In this document: positions 1-10,732 of the stretch, in pieces
Layout of the letters: each line of letters opens with the position of its first letter
How positions within the stretch are numbered: position 1 is the first letter of the stretch
Assembly: GCA_005792285.1 (NCBI GenBank)
Contig: SXSI01000049.1
Coordinates: 19,589-83,588, forward strand
Length of the DNA: 64,000 nucleotides
Direction of reading: 5' to 3'
Source of the DNA: Bacteroidota bacterium
GTDB lineage: Bacteria > Bacteroidota > Ignavibacteria > UBA10030 > UBA8401
Made by a program: the position numbers and the translations under genes
The notes under the pieces: generated by a model
Databases searched by the model: none
Told to the model about the DNA's origin: nothing
Seen by the model: only the letters and a program-made list of their open reading frames with translations

Positions 1-2553
1 GTTGTTAATTCTGCAAGTGCCATTGGATATATAAATTGGGTTGAAATTTTATACAAACAAAAATTACAAGCTATAAATGATAATTTATTTTTTACATCTC
101 CCGATTCAAACTCGATTGTTGAATTTCAAATAGATGGCTTTACTTCAAATCAAATTCAAATTTATGATGTGAGTGATTATTTGAATTTAAAAAAAATTAC
201 AAATATACAGCTTCAACAGTTGCAAGGGACATTTACTTTCAAAGATAATTTAAAGAATGGTGAAGTGAAGACATATTGGGCTGGAACTTCTTCTACTTAC
301 AAAACTCCAAAAGCAGGAATATTAATTCCAAATTCAAATATACTTGGAGAAATAACTGGCGCAGAGTTTGTAATTATTTCACATAGGAATTTTATTTCTG
401 ATGCGAATAGATTGAAAACTCATAAAGAACAATTACCACAACTTAATAAGTTAAAAACTATTGTTGTTGATGTTGATACGATATTAAATGAATTCGGATT
501 TGGAATTTCCGATCCAGTTGCAATTAGAAATTATTTATTATTAGGGAAGCAGCAATGGCAAACAATTCCGAAATATGTTTTGTTTTTTGGTGATGGGAAT
601 TTTGATTTCAGAAATATAATGAAGATCGATAATAATTTACTTCCTACGTTTCAAACTGATAATTCAAATATCCAAATTTCATCTTACAATTACGATGATT
701 TCTTTGTAATGCTCGATTCATTAAATTCAAACACTGTTTCACTTGCACATGGCAGATTGTCAGCTAAAATCCCTTCGGATTCAAAACAATTAGTTGACAA
801 AATAATAAGCTATGAAACCAAACCTCCACTTGATCAATGGAAAAATTTAATAACAATTTCTGCAGACGATAGAAATATAAATAATAATATTGATGGCGCA
901 GATAACGAAGAACAAGCCGAAAGACTTGCGCGTGAATTTATTCCTTCTTTGTATGAAGTAAAAAAAATATTTATCGGTGATTATCCAACTACAATTTCTT
1001 CTGCCGGAAGAAGAAAACCAGAAGCGCGAAGTGAACTTTTAAAACAAGTTAATTCTGGGACATTGTTGTTAAATTATACTGGGCATGGAAATCCAAAAGT
1101 TTGGGCGCATGAAAATATTTTAACTAAAGAAGATGTTAAAGTTGAATTTAAAAATGGAAATCGGTTGCCATTAATTGTTGCTGCAACTTGCGATTGGGCT
1201 CGGTTCGATGAAGTTGGCGAAAATAGTTCTGCAGAAGAAGCAATGTTAAATTCAAAAGGTGGGGCAATTGGTGTAATCAGCGCAACTCGCGCAGTTTTTT
1301 CGGGACCAAATGCTGAATTGAATTATGCTTTTTATAAATTCATGTTTCCATTAAATCCATTCACTCCGGTTTCTAGGATTGGCGATGCTCTTTTGTTGGC
1401 AAAAAATGATCCAGCTTCAGGAAGTTCAGAAAATAATCAGAAATTTCATTTGTTGGGTGATCCAACAATACGACTTGCAGTTCCGCAATATTATATTTCA
1501 ATTGATAGTTTAAACGGGAAAAAGTTTTATCCAAATTCAAAAGATACTTTACGCGCGTTAGAAAAAATTACTTTTGTTGCTTCTGTAAAAGATCAGCAAA
1601 ATAACATTCAAACTGGAATTAATGGGACTGCATTACTTTCTGTTTTTGATTCAGAGCGAAGTAAAACTATAAGTGATCTTGGAATTACATTTTCTTTTGT
1701 TGAACAGGGAGCTGTAATTTTTCGAGGAGAGCATTCGCTTGTAAATGGAAAAATGGAAGCGAAATTTATTGTTCCAAAAGATATTTCATATGAAAATAAA
1801 AGAGGTAGAATATCAATTTATTTTTCATCCACAAATATAGATGGACGAGGAAATTCGAACGATTTAATAATTGGCGGAACTTCAACAACGAGTTATACAG
1901 ATAAAAAAGGTCCGGAGATTTCAATATTTCTTGATAGAGAATCATTTCAAAGTGGAGATTTTATTTCTGAAAGTCCGACATTATTTGTTCATTTAGCAGA
2001 TAGTAGTGGAATTAATGCAACAGGAAGTGGAATCGGACATCGACTTGAAGCTTGGTTGGATGATAATAAACAAAGTATCGATCTAAATAATTATTACAGA
2101 AGTTCGAGAGATAATTATCAAAAAGGAGTTGCAACTTATAAATTTGAAAATCTGGAAACTGGAAAACATAAAATTCTTGTAAAAGGTTGGGATGTTTATA
2201 ATAATTCTTCAGAAAAAATTTCTGAATTTTCTGTATCTTCATCGACAACTTTAAGTTTGTCGCAAGTATATAATATTCCGAATCCGGCAAGATCATCAAC
2301 GAGATTCACTTTTCAGCATAATCAATTACAATCTATTGACGTTGAAATAAATATTTATACAGTTGCTGGAAGGTTGATAAGAAAAATTGAAATTCCATCT
2401 GTAACAGATAGATTTGTTGTTTATGATTATGATTGTCGTGATGAAGATGGAGATGAATTAGCAAATGGTATTTATATTTATAAAATAACTGCAACAACAA
2501 TTGACTCACAATTAACAAACGAAGCTATTAGCAAACTAGTAATAATAGAATAG
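1..2553 (+). CDS. porU: Peptidase C25 (gingipain-like) family protein with a T9SS C-terminal sorting domain, probable PorU-type T9SS signal peptidase. It is 5'-truncated: the reading frame is open from nt 1, and the listed GTG at 169 is not the true start
   Basis: The His/Cys dyad context 'NYTGHGNPKVWAHEN' and 'VAATCDWARFD' is typical of C25 peptidases. The C-terminal ~80 aa beta-sandwich tail ('NGIYIYKITATT...KLVIIE') looks like a T9SS CTD. Frame 1 is open from nt 1 with no stop. The gene sits 7 nt upstream of a 390-aa PorV-like gene, the conserved porU-porV arrangement. Confidence 0.6.
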   Translation, partial: VVNSASAIGYINWVEILYKQKLQAINDNLFFTSPDSNSIVEFQIDGFTSNQIQIYDVSDYLNLKKITNIQLQQLQGTFTFKDNLKNGEVKTYWAGTSSTYKTPKAGILIPNSNILGEITGAEFVIISHRNFISDANRLKTHKEQLPQLNKLKTIVVDVDTILNEFGFGISDPVAIRNYLLLGKQQWQTIPKYVLFFGDGNFDFRNIMKIDNNLLPTFQTDNSNIQISSYNYDDFFVMLDSLNSNTVSLAHGRLSAKIPSDSKQLVDKIISYETKPPLDQWKNLITISADDRNINNNIDGADNEEQAERLAREFIPSLYEVKKIFIGDYPTTISSAGRRKPEARSELLKQVNSGTLLLNYTGHGNPKVWAHENILTKEDVKVEFKNGNRLPLIVAATCDWARFDEVGENSSAEEAMLNSKGGAIGVISATRAVFSGPNAELNYAFYKFMFPLNPFTPVSRIGDALLLAKNDPASGSSENNQKFHLLGDPTIRLAVPQYYISIDSLNGKKFYPNSKDTLRALEKITFVASVKDQQNNIQTGINGTALLSVFDSERSKTISDLGITFSFVEQGAVIFRGEHSLVNGKMEAKFIVPKDISYENKRGRISIYFSSTNIDGRGNSNDLIIGGTSTTSYTDKKGPEISIFLDRESFQSGDFISESPTLFVHLADSSGINATGSGIGHRLEAWLDDNKQSIDLNNYYRSSRDNYQKGVATYKFENLETGKHKILVKGWDVYNNSSEKISEFSVSSSTTLSLSQVYNIPNPARSSTRFTFQHNQLQSIDVEINIYTVAGRLIRKIEIPSVTDRFVVYDYDCRDEDGDELANGIYIYKITATTIDSQLTNEAISKLVIIE

Positions 2554-2560
2554 GGAAAAT

Positions 2561-3733
2561 ATGATGCTGAAAGATAAAAACATAAAACAAAATAATTATA
2601 CAAAAATAATATTTTTACTATTAATTGTAGTTGGAATAGTTAAAAATGTTCAAGCTCAAGTTTCAACTTCAGCAGTTCCATTTTTATTAATTTCACCAAA
2701 CGCACGCGCAAGTGGAATGGGAGAAGTTGGCACAGGAATCGGAGATGACGTTTCTACAGTTTACTGGAATCCTGCGGGACTCGCATTTTTAAAAGGTAGC
2801 GAAGCCAGCATCACACATTCAAATTGGTTGCCGCAATTTCAACTTTCGGATTTGTATTACGATTATTTTAATTACAGACAATATATTCCCGAGTTAGCAG
2901 GAAATATTGCAGCGAGTATTACATATTTTAATTTAGGAAAGTTTGCAAGAACTTCTGAACAAGGTCCTGAAGTTATCGAAGAATTTACATCATTCGAATA
3001 TGCAATAACTTTAGGATACGGAACTTTTATTTTTGACGATTTTGCTTTTGGATTAAATTTAAGATTTATAAATAGTAGGCTCGCTCCATTTGGAACAGGA
3101 GCTGAAGAGGGAAAGGGAATTGCATACAATGTTAGCGCAGATCTTGCCGGACTTTATAAACCGAAACATCTAATTATTCCATTTGCTGATATTGATATTG
3201 GCGATAATTTTAGTTTTGGATTTAATCTTTCAAATCTCGGTCCAAAAATAACTTATATAGATGAATTACAAGCCGATCCTATTCCAACAAATTTACGTGT
3301 TGGATTTGCATTTTCTCCAATGAAGGATGATTACAATAATATTTTAATTGCTGCCGATTTCAGTAAATTATTAATTCGTCGTGGAAAAGATTTAGATGGC
3401 GATAATGAAATTAAAACTGATGAAGAAAAATCTTATACTGATCCTTTTTATAAAGCGGTTTTTACTTCTTGGACAGATCAACCATTTAATGAGGAATTAA
3501 GATCAATTATTAGTTCAGTTGGAGTTGAATATTGGTACGGAAAACCAAAGTTAATTGCACTTCGTGCCGGTTATTTTTATGAAGATCCAAAATATGGTAA
3601 CCGAAAATTTAAAACTTTCGGTGCTGGTATTCGTTACGATATTTATGGATTTGATTTTAGTTGGATTAAAACAGAAGAAGAATTTCATCCACTTTCAGAA
3701 ACTTTGCGTTTTACTTTATTAATCGGTTGGTAA
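2561..3733 (+). CDS. porV: T9SS outer-membrane beta-barrel protein PorV (LptO)-like
   Basis: Signal peptide present. The N-terminal motif 'ARASGMGEVGTGIGDDVSTVYWNPAGLA' matches FadL-like/PorV barrels. Length 390 aa equals P. gingivalis PorV (391 aa). It sits immediately downstream of the porU-like gene. Confidence 0.6.
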   Translation: MMLKDKNIKQNNYTKIIFLLLIVVGIVKNVQAQVSTSAVPFLLISPNARASGMGEVGTGIGDDVSTVYWNPAGLAFLKGSEASITHSNWLPQFQLSDLYYDYFNYRQYIPELAGNIAASITYFNLGKFARTSEQGPEVIEEFTSFEYAITLGYGTFIFDDFAFGLNLRFINSRLAPFGTGAEEGKGIAYNVSADLAGLYKPKHLIIPFADIDIGDNFSFGFNLSNLGPKITYIDELQADPIPTNLRVGFAFSPMKDDYNNILIAADFSKLLIRRGKDLDGDNEIKTDEEKSYTDPFYKAVFTSWTDQPFNEELRSIISSVGVEYWYGKPKLIALRAGYFYEDPKYGNRKFKTFGAGIRYDIYGFDFSWIKTEEEFHPLSETLRFTLLIGW

Positions 3734-3757
3734 GTTTATAAATACAAAATATTTCTG

Positions 3758-6700
3758 ATGAAATTATTACTTCCAATATTTTTATTTATTATCTCTGTAA
3801 GCTCGCAAACTCTTTTACATCCACTTCGTTTAACTTCTGATAATCAAAATCCGAAATCAATTTCTAGAGATAATTTTGATACTTTAAAAATATTAGCAAT
3901 TAGAGTTCAATTCAAAAAAGATTATGATGAACGGACAAGTGGAAATGGGGAATTTGATCTTTCAATTCCAAATACACTTTATGCAGATGCTCCTCCGCGA
4001 GATTCAATTTATTTTTCAGATCACTTAGAGTTTTCAAAAAATTATTTTCAGAAAGCAAGTAATGGAAAACAAATTATAAGTTCAACTTTATTTCCAAAAG
4101 TTATTACAGTTTCAGATTCAATGATTAAATATGCACCGTCAAATAATAATTACACTCCATTAGCAAATCTAATTGTTGAAACTTGGCAAAAAGCAGATTC
4201 GACTAATCCAAACTTTGCGTTTGAAAAATATAATATGTTTATAATATTTCACGCCGGAATTGGAAGAGATGTTGATTTGCGTGATGCTTTAGGTTACGAA
4301 CCAACTCCATTTGATTTACCATCAATTTATTTTAACCTTTCAACTTTCAAAAATATATTTGGTTCAAATTTTTCAGGGATCAAACTTAAAAATAGAAATT
4401 TTACAATCACAAATAGTGCGCTACTTCCCGAAACGGAAAATAGATTTCTTCCATCTGTAAGTGGCTTATTTCATTACAAGTTGGGGATTAATGGATTAAT
4501 CACATCAATGATCGGAAGTCATTTGGGACTTCCAGATTTATTCGATACGAAAACGGGAAGATCGGTAATCGGTAGATTTGGATTAATGGATGGCGAATCG
4601 ATTTTTAGTTTTCACGGATTATTTCCTCCGGAACCTTCAGCGTGGGAAAAAATTTATCTCGGTTGGGTTGAACCAATTACACTTTCAAAAAATATAAATG
4701 GAATTATTTTACCGGCAGTGAGTAAATATTCTTCAGGGAGTGATACGATTTACAAAATTCAAATTAGTGCAAAAGAATATTTTTTAATTGAAAATCGACA
4801 CAGAGATGCAAAAGTAAATGATCAGCAAATAACTTTGAAGTGGCAGGGAAGTGTAATTAAAAAAACAATCAAGTTTGATGATGATTCGGTAAATTATTCA
4901 ACAAACAATTTTTTATTTGGAAATATAATTGATGTTGATGAATTAGATTGGAGTTTACCCGGAGTAAAAGATAATATTTTTTCATATCAAGGTGGAATGT
5001 TAATTTGGCATATAAATGAAAATGTTATTGAAAAAAATTATTCTTCAAATAATATTAATGCCGATGCAAATAATCGTGGAGTTGCTTTAGTGGAAGCAGA
5101 TGGTTCGAATGATATTGGACAACAGTATTCAATATTTCATCCCGGAGGAGGAGCTGAAAGTGGAAGTATTTTTGATTTTTGGTTTAAAGATAATAATGCA
5201 CCTCTTTATAAAAATGAATTCTCTGAAAAATCTACACCAAACTCAAAATCACAAAGTAAAGCTCATACAAATATTACTCTCAAAAATTTCAGTAAAAATT
5301 TTCCAATAGCAACTTTTGATTTTGAAAAAAGCCAATCCAAAATTTCAATTGAGTTAGTTCGTAAAATAAATTCAATAAAGAAAAATTATAATGACTCTCC
5401 TGTAATTGATGATGTAAATAACGATGGAACTCCAGAAATTATTTATACTTCCGGTGATTCAATATTCTGTATTACTTCAGAAGGAAAATCAATTTTCAGA
5501 AATACTTCTAGTATTTTTTCTGATAAAGGTGGAAAGTTTCAACCGATTATTATCAAAAATTTAATTTTACCAAATACCAAATTGGTAGCAGGTGTTAGTG
5601 ACAGCTCGATATATTTATTTCAGCCTTCGGATATGGAAGATAACGGACTTGCCGATAATTATTTAACAATAAATTTATTTGACAATATTTCAACACCATT
5701 ATCGTTTGGAATGCTTGAAAATAATAAATCCTATTTTGTAGTTGGAACAAAAACCGGGAAAGTATTTAAAATAGGAATCGATGGTTTTACAATTTCAAAA
5801 GATAAATTGTTTGAAAGTTCCGGAGAAGTAAAATCTTTAATCCTTTCAAAAGATGAAGTGCTTGCAGTTTATGATTCTAAAATTGTTAATAATAAAGGGA
5901 AGAGTTGGAATTTTACTTCACAAATAATTTCAGCATCGTATATTTCTAATTCGTGGTTTTCATTAATGCCAAGGCTTGTTATTGTAACTTCGGATGGGAG
6001 ATTAACTTTTATCCAAAGAAATTCGGACGACCTTAAAACATATTTGATGAGATCAATTCCAACAGCACCTCATTCAATTGCTGATGTGAATGATGATGGA
6101 ATGGCGGATATTCTCATTCCAACTTCTGAAGGAATTTCTGCATATCAATGGAATGGAGTTCCGGTTGAAAAATTTCCAATTCAAGTTAAAGATGGAGGAA
6201 AAATTTTATCAGCTGCAATTGTTGCAGGTAAAAAAAATTCAAAAGAAAAATTAATATTTTTTGGAACTGATAAAGGGCATTTATATTCCTTTAATAATAA
6301 TGGAGAAATGATTTTAGGATTTCCTGTACAAACTGGTGGAATAACTTCCAATATTTCTGTTTACAACTCTTACATCGCAGTTACATCACTTGATTCATCT
6401 ATTTATTTCTGGAAAACTTCAGATTTAATTGATACAACAAAAACCTATTGGAGTAATTTTTTGGGAGATCCATTGCACACAAATAATTATTCAGTGATAG
6501 AAAATTCTCCGCCAACAGTTTCAGAATTAATGACGAGTAATTCAATTTATAATTGGCCGAATCCTGTTTACGATAATACAACATATATTAGATATCATCT
6601 AAATAATGAAGCTACTGTAACTATAAAAATATTTGCAATTAATGGAGAGAAAATAATTGAGTTAGCTGGAACAAATTATGTGGGAATAGATAATGAAATT

Positions 6701-6808
6701 GCTTGGGATGTGAGTTCAGTTAAAAGTGGAATTTATTTTGCACACGTTGTTGCAGAAAAAAATAATTCAAAATATTCTAAACTTATAAAAATTGCTGTTG
6801 TGAAATGA
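3758..6808 (+). CDS. T9SS-secreted cargo protein with FG-GAP/VCBS-like repeats. An M6 (immune inhibitor A)-like segment appears to lack the HExxH zinc motif, and a T9SS CTD is present
   Basis: Signal peptide present. 'DVNNDGTPEII' and 'DVNDDGMADILIP' are FG-GAP-like repeats. 'SMIGSHLGLPDLFDT' resembles the M6 'HEYGHDLGLPDEYDT' block but without HExxH. The C-terminal 'NWPNPVYDNTTYIRY...IKIAVVK' is a typical T9SS sorting domain. Confidence 0.5.
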   Translation: MKLLLPIFLFIISVSSQTLLHPLRLTSDNQNPKSISRDNFDTLKILAIRVQFKKDYDERTSGNGEFDLSIPNTLYADAPPRDSIYFSDHLEFSKNYFQKASNGKQIISSTLFPKVITVSDSMIKYAPSNNNYTPLANLIVETWQKADSTNPNFAFEKYNMFIIFHAGIGRDVDLRDALGYEPTPFDLPSIYFNLSTFKNIFGSNFSGIKLKNRNFTITNSALLPETENRFLPSVSGLFHYKLGINGLITSMIGSHLGLPDLFDTKTGRSVIGRFGLMDGESIFSFHGLFPPEPSAWEKIYLGWVEPITLSKNINGIILPAVSKYSSGSDTIYKIQISAKEYFLIENRHRDAKVNDQQITLKWQGSVIKKTIKFDDDSVNYSTNNFLFGNIIDVDELDWSLPGVKDNIFSYQGGMLIWHINENVIEKNYSSNNINADANNRGVALVEADGSNDIGQQYSIFHPGGGAESGSIFDFWFKDNNAPLYKNEFSEKSTPNSKSQSKAHTNITLKNFSKNFPIATFDFEKSQSKISIELVRKINSIKKNYNDSPVIDDVNNDGTPEIIYTSGDSIFCITSEGKSIFRNTSSIFSDKGGKFQPIIIKNLILPNTKLVAGVSDSSIYLFQPSDMEDNGLADNYLTINLFDNISTPLSFGMLENNKSYFVVGTKTGKVFKIGIDGFTISKDKLFESSGEVKSLILSKDEVLAVYDSKIVNNKGKSWNFTSQIISASYISNSWFSLMPRLVIVTSDGRLTFIQRNSDDLKTYLMRSIPTAPHSIADVNDDGMADILIPTSEGISAYQWNGVPVEKFPIQVKDGGKILSAAIVAGKKNSKEKLIFFGTDKGHLYSFNNNGEMILGFPVQTGGITSNISVYNSYIAVTSLDSSIYFWKTSDLIDTTKTYWSNFLGDPLHTNNYSVIENSPPTVSELMTSNSIYNWPNPVYDNTTYIRYHLNNEATVTIKIFAINGEKIIELAGTNYVGIDNEIAWDVSSVKSGIYFAHVVAEKNNSKYSKLIKIAVVK

Positions 6809-9800
6809 AAAAAGTTTTAATTGTTTTCACAATTTTATTTCAATTTGCATTTGCTCAAGAAAAGCACATCAATAATTCCCACGTGGATTGGGAAACAATC
6901 GAAACAAAACATTTTTATGTTCATTATTATTCTGGAACTGAAAGAAGTGCAAAAGTAATTTCTAAAATTGCTGAAGAAATTTATGAGCCGATAACTTCAC
7001 TTTACAAATATGAACCAGATACAAAAATAAGTTTTGTAATAAAAGATTTTGATGATTACTCAAATGGAGCTGCATATTTTTTTGATAACAAAATAGAAAT
7101 ATTTGCACCTGCTCTCGACTTCGATTTGCGCGGAACTCATAATTGGCTGCGAAATGTTGTAACGCACGAGTTCACACATATTATTCAATTGCAAAGTTCG
7201 ATGAAGTTTAGCCGAAAATTTCCCGCAGTTTATTTACAGTGGTTAAATTATGAAGAAGAACGCCGACAAGATGTTTTGTATGGTTATCCAAATGTAATTG
7301 CATCCTATCCAATTTCGGGAATTAATGTGCCAAGTTGGTTTGCGGAAGGTGTTGCACAAAATAATCGTCCGGAATTTGAATACGATAATTGGGATTCTCA
7401 TCGTGATATGATTTTACGAATTTATGCTTTAAATAATAAATTGCTAACGTGGAATGAAATGAGTGTGTTCGGTAAAAATTCTTTGGGAAATGAATCTTCA
7501 TACAATGCCGGTTTCTCGTTGTCGAGATATATTCATAATAAGTATGGTGAAGAAGCAATTCCTAAAATTGCGAGAGTGTTATCAAATTATTCCAGTTTTA
7601 CAATGAGTGATGCAATTCAAAATGTTTTAGGAAAATCTGGCGAAGAACTTTATAGCGAATGGAAAAAATATATTACAGAAGATTATAAAATAAAAAGTGA
7701 ATTAGTAAAAAATAATTTAAATGAAGGAAAAATTATTTCGAATGAAGGTTTTGGAAATTTTTATCCAACTTATTCTCCGAGTGGAAAAAAATTAGCATTC
7801 TGTTCTACAAAAGAAAGGGATTACTTTAGCCAATCTTCTCTTTATGTGAAAGATTTAAAAGGTATTGAGGATGAAGAAATAATGAAAAATGTGAGTTCTT
7901 CGTTAACGTGGAGTAAAGATGAAAACTTACTTTATTATTCCAAAATTACAAGTGATAATAAATATTTTTCCGAACAATCCGATATATATTTTTGGAATTT
8001 TGCTGATGAAGAAGAAACAAGATTAACTTTTGGATTGCGAGCAATGAATCCAACTTTATCTCCAGATGAAAAATGGATTGCTTTTGTTTTTAGTAGAGAT
8101 GGGACTTCAAATTTAGGAATTGTTTCGATTGATGGTAAAAATTATAAACAAGTTACAAAATTTCAAAATGGTGAATTATGTTCTGTTCCAAAATATTCTC
8201 CAGATGGGAAGAAAATAATATTTGGTTTCTCAGAACGTAATACACAAGATATTGGAGAATATTCATTTTCAGATTCTTCGTTTAAAATTATTTTAATAGG
8301 TAATGAAGATCAACGTCATCCTAATTATTCAATAAGTGGAAATGAAATATATTTCAGTTCAGATAAAACAGGAATTTACAATCTGTATAAATACAACTTA
8401 GAGAGCCAACAACAATCGCAAATTACAAATGTATTGGGAGGTGCATTCTATCCTTCAATAAATACAAATGGTAAAATTGTTTTTTCACTTTACACTCAAA
8501 ATGGATTTATAATTTCTGAAGTCGAAAGCGAAGTTAAATTAGATTATTCTAAATACACATATTTAAAAGAAGAAATTATTGTAAAAAATAATATTTCTAA
8601 TTCAACCGAGTGGAATAATTTGAAAATGTTTAATGACACCAATATTGAAATGCCAGATTCAAAATCATATCAAAATATTTTTACTTCAATGTCGATTATT
8701 CCATTTTTACGATTCGATAATTACAACAAAGGAAACAGCGGAATACAAAATATGAAACCCGGATTTTATTTTACATCGACTGATGTAATTGATAAATATA
8801 GTTTGTTTGGTGGTGTTGCAATGAATTCATTATTTGAACGAGATGTTTTTTTAATATTTGATTACAGAGATGCACTTCCAATTTTTTATCAATTAGGATT
8901 ATCGCCAACATTAACTTTGCAACTATTTAATGTTACAAGAAAAAATAATTCAGAGTTGGAATTAGTAAGAGGGTTTAATAAATATCCCCTGAAAATAACT
9001 TATGGTTTGTCCGAATTTTCTTTTTCATTGAAACATCATATTTATAGTGAAGCCGATTTGTTAACTTTTTCTTACGTGATGAGCAATTACACAGCAGATA
9101 TTGGTTCATTTCAAATTCCTGGCGATGAAACTCATCTTCCAATTTTAATTCAAGGTTCAACGGAAAAATATTATGAAGCCAATTCATTTTCACTTCAGTT
9201 GGATTTATATGGAATAAAAAGATCGACTACAATGGAAATTAATCCAGTTGGAAATAAATTTAAAATTAAATACGAAAAAAGTTTCAGCAAATTTAATTCA
9301 ACCGGTGAATATGAAGATGTTGGAGGTGGGAATTGGTTGCTGAAACTTGAACCATTTAATCTTGAAAAAGCTGAAATCCAATTTCGTGAACATTTAAAAA
9401 TTCCATTTACAAAACATACTTTATCTTTTTATGTTAAAGGAAATTCAATTCTTGGTAAAACAATAACTCAAGATTATTTTTATAATTATGCAGGTGGTTT
9501 AATCGGAATGAAAGGTTATCCATTTTACTCAATTGGTGGAAACGAAATGGCAATTATTAATACAACTTATAGATTTCCAATTATTGAAAAATTGGATTTG
9601 CAATTTGCACAAATTCAATTCAATAAACTTTATGGTTCAGTTTATTATGATTTTGGAAATGCTTGGAATGGTGAAAATAATTTTAAAAATTGGAAAAGAG
9701 ATTACGGAGCAGAATTGAGAATGGAAATGTTTTCTTTTTATTCTTATCCAACAAGTTTATTTATTAATGCTGCTTATGGTTTGGATCGAATTTCATTTAC

Positions 9801-9879
9801 TGAAAATAATCAAAATGTAAATTATGATCCTTCGTGGCGATATTATTTAGGAATATTATTTGGCTTCGAGATTGAATAA
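6805..9879 (+). CDS. Secreted zinc metallopeptidase-domain protein (HEFTH) with TolB-like WD40 beta-propeller repeats and a beta-rich C-terminal region (possible outer-membrane barrel)
   Basis: Signal peptide present. 'VVTHEFTHIIQ' is an HExxH motif. Repeated 'YSPSGKKLAF / LSPDEKWIAF / YSPDGKKIIF' are TolB/PD40-type blades. The C-terminal third has alternating hydrophobic beta-strand patterning. The ATGA start/stop overlap with the upstream gene indicates translational coupling. Confidence 0.45.
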   Translation: MKKVLIVFTILFQFAFAQEKHINNSHVDWETIETKHFYVHYYSGTERSAKVISKIAEEIYEPITSLYKYEPDTKISFVIKDFDDYSNGAAYFFDNKIEIFAPALDFDLRGTHNWLRNVVTHEFTHIIQLQSSMKFSRKFPAVYLQWLNYEEERRQDVLYGYPNVIASYPISGINVPSWFAEGVAQNNRPEFEYDNWDSHRDMILRIYALNNKLLTWNEMSVFGKNSLGNESSYNAGFSLSRYIHNKYGEEAIPKIARVLSNYSSFTMSDAIQNVLGKSGEELYSEWKKYITEDYKIKSELVKNNLNEGKIISNEGFGNFYPTYSPSGKKLAFCSTKERDYFSQSSLYVKDLKGIEDEEIMKNVSSSLTWSKDENLLYYSKITSDNKYFSEQSDIYFWNFADEEETRLTFGLRAMNPTLSPDEKWIAFVFSRDGTSNLGIVSIDGKNYKQVTKFQNGELCSVPKYSPDGKKIIFGFSERNTQDIGEYSFSDSSFKIILIGNEDQRHPNYSISGNEIYFSSDKTGIYNLYKYNLESQQQSQITNVLGGAFYPSINTNGKIVFSLYTQNGFIISEVESEVKLDYSKYTYLKEEIIVKNNISNSTEWNNLKMFNDTNIEMPDSKSYQNIFTSMSIIPFLRFDNYNKGNSGIQNMKPGFYFTSTDVIDKYSLFGGVAMNSLFERDVFLIFDYRDALPIFYQLGLSPTLTLQLFNVTRKNNSELELVRGFNKYPLKITYGLSEFSFSLKHHIYSEADLLTFSYVMSNYTADIGSFQIPGDETHLPILIQGSTEKYYEANSFSLQLDLYGIKRSTTMEINPVGNKFKIKYEKSFSKFNSTGEYEDVGGGNWLLKLEPFNLEKAEIQFREHLKIPFTKHTLSFYVKGNSILGKTITQDYFYNYAGGLIGMKGYPFYSIGGNEMAIINTTYRFPIIEKLDLQFAQIQFNKLYGSVYYDFGNAWNGENNFKNWKRDYGAELRMEMFSFYSYPTSLFINAAYGLDRISFTENNQNVNYDPSWRYYLGILFGFEIE

Positions 9880-9883
9880 AAAT

Positions 9884-10732
9884 ATGAAAATTATATTTTT
9901 AACATTAATAACAATTTCACTTTTTGCTGGTGATAATAACCCGAAGAGAAGTTTCTATTATGATATTCAAAATTTTCAAGATACCGTAAAATCAGAAAGT
10001 AAGATTTACGAACAACAAAAAATATCTCCGAAAAAAGCTGGATTTTATTCTGCAATATTACCTGGAAGTGGAGAATTTTTATCTCAAAATTATTATCAAT
10101 CTTTATTTTTCCTTTCGACAGAATTAATTACAATTACTAGTTTTTATATTAATAATACAAAAGGGGATGATCAAACTTCTTTATTTAAAAAATATGCAAA
10201 TGAAAATTGGAGTGTTGTGAAATATGCAGAATGGTTAAATAAAAATGGTGCAAAGTATGGTGACGCTGCGACTATAAATATTAATCCGAACACTTCACTT
10301 TCACCTTGGGAAAGAATTAATTGGGATGAATTGAACGCTTGGGAAGCTAATCCTCACTCAATTGGATTTACGCACGTTCTTCCAGCTTACGGAAGTCAGC
10401 AATATTACGAACTGATTGGAAAATATTTACAATACAAATATGGTTGGAAAACATTTCAATTTAATGGTGATCCTTTGGGTGATGATAATTATTCCACCGA
10501 TGTTTCTCAGGAAATTAAAAATTATATGGCGATGCGAGGTAAAGCAAATGATTTTTATAAAGTTGCAACTTATTTTTCATTTGCAATTTTAGTAAATCAT
10601 ATTGCAAGTGGATTGAATGCAGCGTGGCAAGCAAATAGTTTTAATAATTCTGTTGATGCAAATGTAAGTTATTCATTCGATCGAATTAGTGGGAAACCAA
10701 TTTCGGAAATATCTTTGAAAATAAAACTTTAA
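9884..10732 (+). CDS. Exported hypothetical protein, last gene of the porU-porV cluster. The ATG at 9884 is preferred over the listed start at 9860
   Basis: 'MKIIFLTLITISLFA' is a signal peptide. No recognisable catalytic motif. Confidence 0.4.
   Translation: MKIIFLTLITISLFAGDNNPKRSFYYDIQNFQDTVKSESKIYEQQKISPKKAGFYSAILPGSGEFLSQNYYQSLFFLSTELITITSFYINNTKGDDQTSLFKKYANENWSVVKYAEWLNKNGAKYGDAATININPNTSLSPWERINWDELNAWEANPHSIGFTHVLPAYGSQQYYELIGKYLQYKYGWKTFQFNGDPLGDDNYSTDVSQEIKNYMAMRGKANDFYKVATYFSFAILVNHIASGLNAAWQANSFNNSVDANVSYSFDRISGKPISEISLKIKL

Noticed and set aside
2012-2518. Minus-strand ORFs of 95 and 61 aa inside the porU-like gene. The same pattern applies to 2872-3129, 6399-6584, 7322-7558, 8975-9193, 15447-15833, 18522-18770, 19596-19844, 46093-46473, 47343-47630, 55093-55410, 58196-58651 and others
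   Set aside because: Each lies entirely antisense within a long, confidently recognisable gene. They are AT-rich, low-complexity translations with no motifs, typical of spurious ORFs in a roughly 30% GC genome.
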